Assembly: GCA_010093815.1 (NCBI GenBank)
Contig: ML996583.1
From: Pseudovirgaria hyperparasitica
Lineage: Eukaryota
Reading direction: 5' to 3' (one strand)
DNA: 64,000 bases
The translations under genes and the position numbers were made by a program. Positions 24,985 through 37,744 of this stretch are shown piece by piece. The first letter of the stretch is position 1, and the number at the start of each line of letters is the position of its first letter. The notes below the pieces were generated by a model. That model saw only the letters and a list, made by a program, of their open reading frames with translations. It made no database searches and had not been told where the DNA came from.

Positions 24985-26470
24985 GAATGAATGAATGGAT
25001 GGATGAATGGATGGATGAATGAATGAATGAATGAATGAATGAATGAATGAATGGATGAATGGATGGATGAATGAATAGATGAATAGGTGTAGCAATGTAG
25101 TAGTGTAGTGATTGCTAGTTATAATATTAGATTTAGAGTTAGTAAAGTAAAGTAAAGTAAACTCCAACAACACCTTGCCCTATCATCCGGACTAACAGAC
25201 GAACCATTGTATCGTTGTTGGGTAGGTTCTGGTGCTGGTGACGGTGATGGTTCTGGTGCTGGTGACGGTGATGGTGCTGGTGAGGGTAGTAGTGCAATCA
25301 ATGGGACGTGTGCGAATGTATGTCATTCTTTGGGTTTTGGGTCTTTTGGGTCTTTTTGGGGTTGGGGGCAGGCATTGTATGTATGTATGTATGTATGTAT
25401 GTATGTATGTATGTATGTACTGTATGTGAATTGTAGGGTGGTGTCGATGAAGAAGAAAAAGACATTATACATACATGATATTCCAAGGAAGGAGAAAAAT
25501 ATTTTCTCTCTTCTTTTGTTTCTTTCTTTCTTCGGAACATGCCGAGATGGATAATGTGTGTGTAGGTAGGGGACTGGGAAAGGGACAGGGATAGGAGTGT
25601 GTGAGGCTGGGAGGGGTAAGGGACAGGGATAGGAGTGTGTGAGGCTGGGAGGGGTAAGGGGCAGGGATGGCGGTAGTAGTAGGTAATTTGTCTAAAAGGT
25701 GGGATGGATGGATAGATGGATGTAAGTTACTTACTTTCTTGTCTACCCTCTTTTTCGTCTACTCTTTTGTCTAAAAGGTGGGATGGATGGATAGATAGAT
25801 AGATAGATGTATATGTATCATTCTACCTACCTACCTCCCTACCTCCCTACCTCCCTACCTACTCTACCCTACCTCCATACAACCGAAGACTCCTTTATAT
25901 ATATATACAAACCTTTACTCTAGCTAAGGGGGTTCAGAGTACCGGGCGGCGGGGTAATCAAGTAGTAAATTCCTTCATATATATTACACATTATATAATA
26001 ATTGATATTTGATATATTAATAGATGTATGTAATGTATGTATATATACATACCTAGGCCTGACGAGGCTGTTTGTCTGTTGTTGTCTGTTATTGTCTGTT
26101 GTTGTCTGTTGTTGTCTGTTGTTGTCTGTTGTTGTCTGTTGTTGTCTGTTGTTGTCTGTTGTTGTCTGTTGTTGTCTGTTGTTGTCNNNNNNNNNNNNNN
26201 NNNNNNCTGTTGTTGTCTGTTGTTGTCTGTTGTTGTCTGTTGTTGTCTGTTGTTGTCTGTTGTTGTCTGTTGTTGTCTGTTGTTGTCTGTTGTTGTCTGT
26301 TATTGTCTATTACTGTTTATATATACATACATAGTAGGTGAGTAAGTGAGTTGGCATACATGTATATATATCATCTTATATGAGTGCAAGTGCAAGTGCA
26401 AGTACAAGTGCAAGTGTGTTAAGTGTGTTAAGTGTGAGCGTAAGTGTAGGTGTGTTAAGTATAAGTGCAA
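24985..26470. repeat. Simple-repeat island: (GAAT/GGAT)n, 24-bp GGTTCTGGTGCTGGTGACGGTGAT, (GTAT)n, 39-bp and 30-bp duplications, (GTTGTCTGTT)n, (AAGTGY)n
   Basis: Direct inspection. Confidence 0.9.
26187..26206. other. Assembly gap (20 N) inside the 10-bp repeat
   Basis: N run. Confidence 1.
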
Positions 26471-27629
26471 GTGTGTCCCAGAGACTCTGTCGAAAACATC
26501 GTCACGTGGGACTATATATATTTATATACATGTATATGTCTTGAAAGTACCAAGCGCGAGGCATGCATGCACAATGGACAAAGTCTGACAGGTCGTCCAA
26601 CAGGTTCTTCAACAGGGTCTTTGTACGACTATTATTAGAGCTAATTAAAAAGTGTTTTATGGCTGGCGCGCGCGTCCGGCTGGGAGTGAGACAAGACGGA
26701 TAGTGCAAGTCTCGAGTTGTGCGGCCGGGCTTGTGTCTTGACAACAACCAAGGCAAAAATTATGGACAAAATGCAGTCATGTGTAGTGTAGAAGAACAAA
26801 CAAAAAAACCACTTGGTACACTGTTGTACTCCAACTCCTGCTCGAAACGAGGACAAGGTTGCTTGCTTGTCGTTACACAAAATCCACACAAAAAACCGCT
26901 TATGGCCCCCATTTCCAAGACTCGTTCGTGCGTCACGTCAAAACATCATCGTTTTCCAGCCATGCATGAATCAAACAGTCACGTTTCCTCCCCCGCCCCT
27001 GCTATGCGCTTTTGCATGGCGTGAATGCCAAATGACTCCATATGTAGATTGATAAATCCTAGATTGCAACATACGATGGGCGTAATTATGTGCAAGATAT
27101 TTTGAAGAATGTGTAAAGGACATTCAGACGGCCGAAAATGCCGCCGTCAAAGGTAAGCGACCACAAGATGCCGTGCCAGTGGGTATTTTCCAAAAGAGAA
27201 GGATGCCAGGGACAGCGTCCAGAATAAGATGTGATGCAATGCCAATCCATGGTCTATGATTCGTTGGCGCGGGACTTTTGAGTAAGAAAACCCCATCAGA
27301 TGCAGAAGACGGAAGGCCGGGAGGCTGATACGAAGTGGCGCTGATGCGCAAGGTGGGTGTGGGTGTCCAGCGCGTAGAGTAATGGTTCGCCGGTATAGCA
27401 CCGCAGTGAAATTGTTCCAGGACGCCAGTTTTGGGGTGGATATGAAAACAGGCTCGTAAGACCTGAATCCATATATCCGGTGAGAGTATGAGGCACTTCG
27501 CGGGTTACTGTAAGCGCCAGTTTGGCTTGGTCTTTCTAGTAAAAGTATGCCAAGACGAGAGGGAGTTGCATGTGTGTCCTGCGAGCGTTGAGGGTTCAGA
27601 GTGTCGCGGCATGCCGTCACACCTTCCGC

Positions 27630-28420
27630 TCATAGTATAACACATTTTGAGCTACTCTTACTTCTCCTGGAGCGGTCGCCACCGAATGAGTCTGCTGATG
27701 CGTAATTGCTTTTCTTGCCTCCGTGGCCATGGCTCTTTGGCTTGTGAGATTTGTAACCATCCGAACGTCCAGAGCTAGTGTGTCTTTGGCTGCGTAACTG
27801 ACGAACAACATCGTAGAATGCTTTTTCAACATTCACGCAGTTCTTGGCCGAGGCTTCAACAAAAGCGCAACCAAGATCTCGAGCCATGGCACTGCCTTCT
27901 TGTGTTGATACCTCCCTTTCCGTAACACGGTCGCATTTGTTACCAACTAACATGACAGGCGCTGGCCCAAAGGAGCTCGAACCAGGGGCAGTGGCACTAA
28001 GTGGAGATCCGGGGTAGGTGGGCGAACTGGACAGTGATGATTCCTTCACTCGCTGTATCTGAGAATGAAATCTCTGGATCCGAGCAAAAGAGGCCCTCGA
28101 GGAGATACTATATACCAGCACAAAGCCTTCACCATCTCTGATCCATTGATCTCTGAGAGCAGTGTATTCTTCTTGGCCAGCGGTATCGAGCACTTCCAGC
28201 ATGCACGATTGACCATCGATCTGGACTTGTTTGCGGTAGGAATCTTCAATTGTTGGGTCATACGTTTCCACGAAATGGTTGAGACACAACTATAGGCGGG
28301 GTTAGTTCGGTACCAGATACCGTGTTAATTTGTGGAGCGCACCTGGATTGTCAAAGCGGTTTTGCCTACGCCTCCGTCACCCAACACCACAAGCTTGTAC
28401 AGAGTCATTTTCCCCGCCAT
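27630..28420 (-). CDS. RAS2: Ras2-type small GTPase, intron 28342-28290
   Basis: GDGGVGKT, YDPTIEDSY, DTAGQEE, NKCD and EASAK motifs. CAAX box CVIL. Confidence 0.97.
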
Positions 28421-29179
28421 GATGGCTATGTAATGTAGTAGTAAGTAGGGACTATCGTGAATTTCAGATAGCTGTATGTATAGTTGTAGAAATAGAAGCA
28501 CTCGCAGCCAGCGGCGGAAGTGATCAGAATGGGCGAGGTAACAGAGAGGGGTGCACCCGGCACGCCACGTAGTAGGCTTCTCGAGTTGCTCGAAGTAAGA
28601 CGTAAGGTATGTACGGAGACGGGATCGAGTGGTGAGAACAGGAAGAAGGCCAAGCAGGATGTGGAGGAAGCGACGAGACACTGGATAAGAAGATGGACAA
28701 GACCAGTGGCAGCAGTGATATGGAGGGAGAGAGAGGCAACAGCAGAGAAAAGGAAAAGGTTCTCTCGTGTGTCAAGTCCGGAGCCGCGGCGCAGGAGAGT
28801 CAGGGTCGGACGGACGGGTTTGTGAGTACGGGTTGTGAGAGTGGCTGAGTAGCAATGGTAGTGTTCAGGTGGTTGGACGGAGGTAGTACAGGTAGCTCTG
28901 CTATGACACTGAACAGTGGCGGCGCTTGTGTTTACGAAGAACAGCGAATGAGTAGTCGTAGTAGTCGTAATAGTAGTAGATTGGAAGAATTGACTGACGG
29001 AGGACCGAAGAGGAGAGCAGAGGGAGGAGGGGAGGGGGGATGAGACGAGACGAGAGGAAGAGGTTGAGAGAGGGAGGAAGAGGAGGAGTAGGAGCAGCGC
29101 GAGAGCGAAGCAAAAATGGATGTTTGTGCGGGACGAGCGGCGAGGGATGAAAGTGGTGGCAGAAGTGTGTGTGGTAAGT

Positions 29180-29320
29180 TAGTGGTAGTAGTGGTTGAGG
29201 TAGTGGTAGTGGTGGTGGTGGTGGTGGTGGTGGTGGTAGCAGTAGTAGTAGTGGTAGTGGTAGTGATAATAGTGGGAATTGTGGTAGTGGCCGACGGGTT
29301 GTGGTGGTGGTGGTGGTGAT
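29180..29320. repeat. (GTG/GTA)n trinucleotide tract upstream of RAS2
   Basis: Direct inspection. Confidence 0.9.
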
Positions 29321-32300
29321 GTGAGGTACTGTCTAGTGGATAAGTGGCCGGTGCGTAGTGCGTGGTGCGCGGTGTGCGGTGCGTGGTGCGTGCAGACGGT
29401 GCCCAGGTGGTATGGGTGATGCGCGTGGTACTAAGCTGAGAATGGGATGAAGAGCTGCTGGGGGAGTACAGGGCCACAGGTGCCGCCATCACGGGCTGGA
29501 GGGCTGAAAGGCTGAGGGAGTTGAGGGGGGGGCTTGAAGGGGGATGAGGGGGCAAGCTCGGGCAGGGCAAGGGCAGGAGGACATGGCAAGGCAGGGCAGG
29601 GCAAGGCCGCCAACGCAGCCCGCGAGCGAGGGCTGTCCGGGCGCTGGGATGCTGCGTTAAGCTGGTCGCCAGGGCGGTGCACAAAGAAGTCTCCCCCGCC
29701 CGGAACAGAGATAATTAGTCGCAGTGACAACATCAACACATACAGGGCCAGCTCAAGCATGAGAAAAGGCACCAGCATAGAAAAGTAGTATTGCCATTAC
29801 TGCCTTACTACCAGCGAGCAGACTAGGATGATTCGAGGCTCATGATAAAAAGGGGGGAAGTGATTGTTTACTGCGTGTGCTGTGTGGCTGTAAGAAACAA
29901 TTGTGGGCCGTGACTGGCGGCGGTGGATGTGCGCAGGACCAGGGCGGATGTCCCTTGGTATACCTGGAGTGGTATGTAATATACCCAGGCCGGATTGGGA
30001 TCTCCCTGCACCGTGTCCGAAACTCGCGTGTCTGGCTGTTCCACCCAGCACACGTGTGGCCCACGTGAAAGTGCCAGTGGAAGTGCAAAGCGAGCGCCCT
30101 CGGATCACCATAACCATCATCACCACCACCACCACCATCGTCAATCCTGGCTAGGAGCTATAGCAGCTAGATGCATGTCCGATAGATGCGGTGGCCAAGC
30201 CTATGCAATGTTGTGCCATATATTCATGTCCAGTAACAGATCAGCAGCAAATGGACATGAGAATGGCTTCTGTAGCACACTTTACACTGTAGACACTTCA
30301 GGACTTCAGGAGCAAGACACAGTGCATGGCTTCCCATCCCATCATCCATCCCCATCACTCCAATCCACATGTTCCGTGTCAGCAGCTCCAGTTCCCTCAA
30401 AGTCTAAAAGGCTCACCTAAGACCTTGCACTGTTGCAGAGAGGACGTGGGGGTGTAAACGGTCCAGTCTCCTTTTTGGGCCCTTGCCCCTTTTGGGTCTT
30501 AGGTCTATAGCAGCTTGGAATCAGTCCAATGTAAATAGCTCCATCAGCCGTCTAACACCATTCTTATCAAGTGTCCACTCTCCATTCACACAGGGATCCG
30601 TATCAGTTTGCTGGACCATAGCACCGGAGCGGCCTGGTACCCACTGTCGAAGCGCCAGACGCCAGAGCGTTAAAGTCATGAATCTTGAATTTGGAGTTTT
30701 GACAATGATGATGCTGATGATGATGGTGATACTGCCGATGACGATGACGATGACGATACGTTGTGGCGTCTTCTCGTCTCTTTTCTCCCTCGCCTCTCCG
30801 GTTCTCCTGCAGTCTCCACATCCCAAAAGCCCCGGCGGACTCTACTATGACTAGTCGTAATTCTCCCGGAACCTAATACGTGCCGTCCGCCATCTCCCAA
30901 GTCATTTGTTGATTACTGCGCTGTCTCAACGACGAACTCGCAGTCACTGGTCGATGCTCATACTTGCCGATGCTGAAACTTCATCCCAGATCCTGTGTCT
31001 TTAATCTTACCGCGTCGAAGCATCGAGAACGTAAGGGAATGAGACCGATATTGATGCATGCCTATCTACACCTTAGACGCGGCCCACTACCACTTCGGCC
31101 GGCCCTGCATGCATCTCACAGACTCCTACCATCACGCTGGCTCGGCCACTCATTTCCGAGATGCCATAATTCAAGGAGCACAACAGCATACAATTGTTCC
31201 CTGCAGCCTCGATACTTCTCTGGCTCGGGCGCAATGTGGAAAAACCGCGCATCCGCTGCCATCCAGGCTGTTCCTTTTGGCATTTTATCCATCAATTGCC
31301 GGTGACAATGCAATGTATGACACAGGTCATCCCTAGCGTCTAGGCCTTTAAATGCTCGGCAGAGCATTAGCAAGGTAGGATCGTGCTCCACGGAGCGAAC
31401 GCGAATACAACCAACTTACTGGCCGTTGGATGGCGGGGGGAGCAGCAAAATGGTCCATCTGCAGCGTGGCAATGGCAACATGCATAATGCAGACATCGTC
31501 CAGGAAACATCTTCATATACTGATACAGATGCCTAATACGTACAGCATATGCCGCATTGGCATGGATGCCGCTGCCTGTTGGTCAACGGTTTGCCGTGCT
31601 TTCTACACATATCAACAAATTCCTCGAGCCACTCCCCCCGCGCCGCTAATTTCCCCCCCAAATCCTCCTATCACTGTGCCAGGATTCGTCCTCTTTTGTT
31701 ATTTTCTGGGCGCACTCGAGATATTATCCCACGTGCTTTTGCTTCCATTGGACTAGACCAAATCGCTTGATAGTCCACGTCCGTCTCGGTGAGCACGATC
31801 GCGCCAGCACCCTGGCGGGACGGGTCGCTTTCACGGCCTCGCCCATGTGAGATTATAGGCCACCACTAGGTATTACATCGTACACACATACCTCCTTAAT
31901 CGTACTAGTCGGATGGCTTGATGATTATCACGGCCCGTCAGTCATCATCCTCACCTTCACGGTCCACGTTATAGTGGATTATTTGGTCCGTATGAGACCG
32001 GCAAACAGCACACGACACGGAGGGTATACGTCCGGACCAGCAGAACTCCACTTCCTTTATCCACCTTGACGGGGCCCATTCAATGTCCCGACTTGTTGGT
32101 CACACTAACCGATCGTGCCTCTATTGTGACCGGCAACTTGGGAATGACTCTCGGGCAGACCTGGGACGTTCTGGACTTGCTTGGATGTTCTTTGCAATCG
32201 AGGACAAACATGTTGAATAGGCAGACATCGAGCCGAAAGCGACTTTGAAGGCGTTGTGACGGCGTAGACCTCTCTCTACATCTATCATGAATACGTCACT

Positions 32301-34758
32301 AGAAATGCTCTCTACCATATGGACCCGACCGGTGATATACTGCGTGCGGCGCGACTATTGCAACGTCAATACCGAGGTAGGTGCCCGCTGGACCATGGTA
32401 CGTAGATGCATTGACCCAAGCAGGAGAGAATGTTGTGTAGGAAAATGCAGCATGCATCATGCATACCTACCTGCGCCCGTCCAAGACTTTGCAAGGCAAT
32501 AGGCATGCTCAACACAATTCAACTGCTTTCCTATTACATGATCCACTATCAGGCAGGGCCCCAGTGTCGGGACCCATTACCCTACATGGCGACCGTTCAA
32601 CTCGTACGTTCATAATGCCGTGTGGTCTGAACGGTGAGCACAGTCCCCTGTCGCTTCTTGCGTCCAGAGCGTTTCGAGACCACATGTGGCTGGAGGGAAG
32701 CGAAGACAGGACTGCCGGCATCAAGCAATCATCGTGTCGTACAAGTGTGGGCCTCCTTCGTTTATCACGTTGCATTTTTGCAATTGCTCGGGGTCACAGT
32801 AATCATGGAGCGCCCAAGTGGGTTATATCCCTGGACGTCAACGATGGTTCTGTCAGCAGCAGCAGCCGATATTAGGGACGTTCTATTCATAATCCTGGCC
32901 TTCTCATGCAGTGCACCTTCAACAGAGGCAGCCAACGCTCAGATGTCACACCACGAGCAAGGGACGCTCGCAGCACGGTTTGTACACGTGACCTTCCAGC
33001 GCCCGCCTTTGAAAATGATTCGGTCCTTTCTCATATTTGATTGCTGTGTAGAATGTTTAATTAAATATTTCCCAAGCACAACAATCACAAAAGTCCCATC
33101 ACTTAGTTGCAAGCGGGTGTGACCCGCAACCGTGCGCCTCATGGCACATCTCAAAACCACATATAGGCCCTTGCAGACATTGGGGTTCTTCAAGACAGCA
33201 GAGGCTATGCTGCTGGCTCAAGCTTTGCTGCGTCTCATTTCTGATCAGGTCGTCGTCCAGAAAGCTCATCGAACGTGACATGTAATGCAGCAACCTGTAA
33301 TTCACGACGTGGCAAGTTGCCTTAAGGTATGCCAAGCCTTCTCACTTCTTCACTAGGTATGCAACAATGCAGAAGTCAGTGCTTGACAGCTATAGCCAAG
33401 ACTTGTTATGCATGGCGTTGTGCTACTGTTTGCAGCACCTCTGGCATCATGACTGCGCGGTAAGTCCATGATCCGCGATCCAAGATCCCAATGATTGAAG
33501 CAGAGTACACCGTTAACCAGTAGTACAAGAAGCGCAGGGCTGAAGCTACATGGTGGTGCGTCCAACCTACCTCAGTGAAAGATCGTCGACCTGGCCCCAC
33601 CAGCAATGACAATGTCACTCCGGAGGTCTTGATCTTCCATAGTTGGGCAAAAACGTCTGTACGACATGAGCCGCATTTCTCCGGCCTGCATACACAACGA
33701 CCGGAAGCCACGAAGCCGTCTTACACATATCAGAACCCGGACATCCTGTATACCTTTTGAGTGCCCGCGGAACCTTCCGTATTTGACGTCCCAAACCTCG
33801 GCACAATGACTGTGCTTTGCGCCGAGAGAGCATGCCATTCATCTCTCCGTCAAAACAGTTCTCACTACCAGCACCCCTTCAATAAACGTCGACAGCCTTG
33901 CGTTTTCAGCATCAGCTTTGCCACAGGATGCTCTTTACCCACGTGGCCGATCGTCAGTATCACCCACTTTGAACCCAAGCCATTCTATATTGAACACAAA
34001 CAAGTCGTTTTGCGTAATGGTATCGATAAACCCTGATATCTTCAACTTCCGGATACAGAGCTGCCGTTACATCGACGTGGACTGCGCTAAATAGAAGAGA
34101 TGATGTATGGTGCTGTATAGATGAATTCGTTGCGCCCGGAGATGCGCTGTCACTCTGTACTCCTTGGGCTGCTGGTATGAGCGTGCTCTCAAAAAGGGAA
34201 TTGGACAACGGGAGTCGCCGCTTGCCATGCCACTCCGCGGGCCGCGACGCCAGACCGGAAGGTAGACATGGATGCTACAGTATGGATTATTATTGTAGAA
34301 ACTGTGCTTGTGGAAGAAGTAGGACACTGCCGCCTGGGCGTTTGCAATACGCCTTTGCGTTAAGTCAAGTGTCCACAAGGGATTGAAGGCTTACACCGCT
34401 GCCCATATTGGTGGGCATTGACGCCAGGCCCAGCTAGAAGCACGGCAGGAAGCGAAAGTAGTTGCTGTTCTTGCATATATAATTGTGATTGTGACGCACT
34501 TGCATGTCATCACCTCGTTGCGCCACCAACTGATCCACGAACGCCCGCAAATGCAGTGACCAATTTGTGGCTGCGCTACCCAGCCACGTGGAGCGTGGAG
34601 CGCGTTATGCGTAACAATGGACTAATGGGGCTCTGAGCGCAGTAATGTATCAAGTGAAGTGAAGGGGGCGGATAATCGAGATCTAGAGAGGAGGTGGACG
34701 TTACATGGCGGTCGAAAGCGTGTTCTAGTACTTAGCCGTGTTGAGACAGACGTAATAA

Positions 34759-35966
34759 TCATCCATAATGATGGGAATTGGAAGTCCTGTCCCGATGTCT
34801 AGGTCGCTCTCTGCTGTATCTCCGCCCGTGATCTCGACTTCGGCTGCGATGATGGCGGCGACGAGAGGACTTATGCCGCTCATGTTCGGTGGTCCTACAT
34901 CTAGGGCTCCTATCTCTGTATTCACGATGCTTCGACGCCTTATATCGTCGTTCGTGGGAATCGTTGGGGTCGTCCTGTGTGGCATCAAGGCGAAAGCCGT
35001 CAAGACTCCGGCTTCTTGAACGGGAGCGTCGACTCTTGTGCTTTCTTTGACTTTTTGCAGTGGCCCTCAACTCTATATCCTCCTTTTCCCTTTGTTCTAC
35101 CCAGCTCTGTCTATCCTTTTCCACTTGCTTGAGCTGCACCTGAGCTTTTTTCATGAAGGCCAGGGGGTCATTTGACACCACCCTTGATGCATCTCGTGAT
35201 TTCCGGTTCGGATCAGGCCGACCCCATACGTTCTTGGACGACTCTTCTTCTGCTGATATGGCAACACCGACAGCACCAGAATCCCCCTGAGTGGCGTGTA
35301 CTAATTTGGTGCCTGAAGCATACCAAGGTCCCTTGTCCAGCGCCTTGCCTCTCCCTTCAGCATCAGAAAACCGCATACTGTTGGCTTGCTCAGCCTCTTG
35401 TTTCTTCTTGCGCTTCTCTTCGGCAATCTCGGCTTCTTTCTGGGCTTTGCGAACCTCTTTCTCATCAACAGCAAACAGGTTCATGTGGCCCTTCGGATCA
35501 TACAACTGGGCGTTTTTCATCATTTTATTCCTTGATGCGTCATCTGTAACCGTCTCTCTAGCTGCATCAGCGTCCTCTCGCTTGGCCCTCGCCAGCCTGA
35601 TGTCTCGATCTGTGTCATCCTCGCCTGCAAGCTTCCTCTTCTTCCTCTCTCGTCCACTTGAGCCCTCTACTATCCGGTGTACATCTTGTGGCTTATCGTG
35701 ATTTCTGAAGTCGGGGGCGGGTGGTGGTGTTGGCGTTCGCGGAGGGGTCACGCCACGTAGTATCGCAAGTCGTTTCGCAGCATCATGCTCTTGCATAATC
35801 CTATCAACCTCCTCCTCATGTGCTGCTGCGATCGCCTCATCGCGCTTAACGCGCTCGATGTTGTCTGTGTTATAGACATTCCAAGATTTCTTGCCGAGTA
35901 GATGGCTGTTGGCACCATCAGCGATAATGCTAGCAGGGAAGATATGAGGGAGGCATACAGAGGCAT
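34759..35966 (-). CDS. CIR N-terminal domain / LENG1-like protein with R/S/H-rich tail; 8-nt first coding exon (35966-35959), intron 35958-35906
   Basis: Spliced N-terminus MPLHLLGKKSWNVYNTDNIERVKRDE and an RSRSRS-rich C-terminus. Confidence 0.8.
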
Positions 35967-36120
35967 ATTGTGCGGACTTGCACTTGCATTCACTTCCAGA
36001 TTCGTATAGATGATGCTCGGGCGCGAAGTTCCATTGTGCTCTTACAAAGCTATCTGCAGCGAGTAGTCACGAACAGTTGAAGACCCGGGAAGTGGGTCCG
36101 CATCCTTGTCCTAGCGCCCG

Positions 36121-36236
36121 GCGCGTCAAATCCCGTCCAACGCGACGCGTAGCAGCTATACATCCCCGCCAAACTGTCGGCCCTACACCCAAGGTTCAAC
36201 AAACCATTATTCCGCCTTATTCTTACCCTTACGCGT
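36121..36236 (+). promoter_or_regulatory. Cluster of MCB-like elements upstream of SLD2
   Basis: GCGCGT at 36121, ACGCGACGCGT at 36140-36150, ACGCGT at 36231-36236. Confidence 0.55.
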
Positions 36237-36250
36237 GGACTCCTGTAATC

Positions 36251-37744
36251 ATGTCAGTGGGTCACCCAGATACGAAGACGAGGAGCAACCAGCTCCGACA
36301 AGAATTGAAAGACTGGGAAAAGCACTTTGCAGCAGCCAATGCAGGCCGGAAAGCTAGCAGAGATGATATCAAAGGCTGCCCTGACATTGGTACATATATT
36401 CTATCCCCGGCTCTATCGAACCTACTGACAGATCGAATCATAGCGGCGAAATACAAAGAGTATAACAAACTCAGAGACATCCTCTCTGGCAAGCCTGTTC
36501 TGCCACAATCGCCTGTAGCTCCGAACAAACGCAAGTCAGTCGACAACAGCGTTGTAACCCCATCGAAACGCCGTGCTATACCCGCGACCCCATCGAGAGA
36601 CCGTAGATTCAATGTTGGGACTCCATCGAAAGTCACTAAACTCAATCTCACCGGCACGCCGTCAATGAAGCTGGCCACACCGTCGATCTCGCGGGTCATA
36701 ATCGGGCCAACTCCACAGAGGAATGGAGTTGCGATCGGACTATTTGACATGCTGACATCGGCATCACCCCCGAAGGCTGAACGTACCGTGTTTGAAGAAC
36801 TTCAGGTCAATGTGCCTCAGACCCCGAGCCGAAAGCAACATACCTTCCAAGATGAGCCGTGTTCGATTGGGAGATATAAAGGCAGTAGGACCCCCATGTC
36901 TGACGGTAAAAAGTTCTTTTTCGACAAGTACATCGCAACGCCGATGAAAAGGAAGAGAGAGGAAGATATTGAAGAGACGTCTGAGCATCACTCGACTCCC
37001 ACATTCTTGCGCCGCAACACCTCTTTCAACGCAATACCAGAAGAGGAAGAGGATACATCTCCGCGAAATGCGCCCTGGAAGAAGACTGGACTGGTCAGGA
37101 GTCTCAGCAGTATGATTAGAGGACTAAAAGAACGCAAAGAAGAGGATAGAAGGCAAGAGCACCAAAGAGAGGAGGACCGACTTGACCAAGAGCTGGAGCT
37201 GTTAAGAGAGATGGAAGCCGAGGAGGCTGGTGTCGAGTATAGACCCTTGAAGAAGCCAAAGGTCCTTGTCCAAGACAGTCAGGCTACCGAGATGCCCCTG
37301 GGACCGGATCAACCTACTGATTCGGAGGAAGACGATAATTTGGAGCGGCAACCCCTCAGGATATGGAAGAAGAAAGGCCAAAAGAGACAAACGAGACGAG
37401 TCAACAGTAAGTGTAGTGCTCAATCGAGTGAGATTTTTTGACTAACTCATTCAGTGCGGCCAAATCGTCTGAAGCCGTCTGCGGCCCCTGAAATCGATCA
37501 AGAATCCTCGGACGACGAAGCAGCTGTTCCCGACACCCAACCCGGTGGGGGACTGCCTGATCCCCCCATTGATCATGTAACACCGGAAGATGGAACCAAG
37601 GTCACAGAAGTGAAGGAAAATGCAGGAAAGAAGGTACTTCGAAAGGTAACAGAACATGTCCACGCAAATTATCGGCGACTCAAGATCAAGAGTAAAAATA
37701 CCAAAGGGAAGGGGAAAGGTAGCTTCGGTCGTGGTAGACGATAG
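36251..37744 (+). CDS. SLD2: DNA replication regulator Sld2/Drc1, introns 36390-36443 and 37408-37454
   Basis: LRQELKDWEKHF...DIK...KYKEY N-terminus, IGPTPQRNG, about 13 S/T-P CDK sites, WKKKGQKRQTRRV and NYRRLKI. Confidence 0.9.

Noticed and set aside
26002..26588. Cys/Val/Leu-rich and Cys/Lys-rich ORFs
   Set aside because: These are translations of microsatellites, some spanning an N gap.
28932..29684. 250-aa Thr/His/Ser-rich ORF
   Set aside because: GTG start and low complexity derived from trinucleotide tracts upstream of RAS2.
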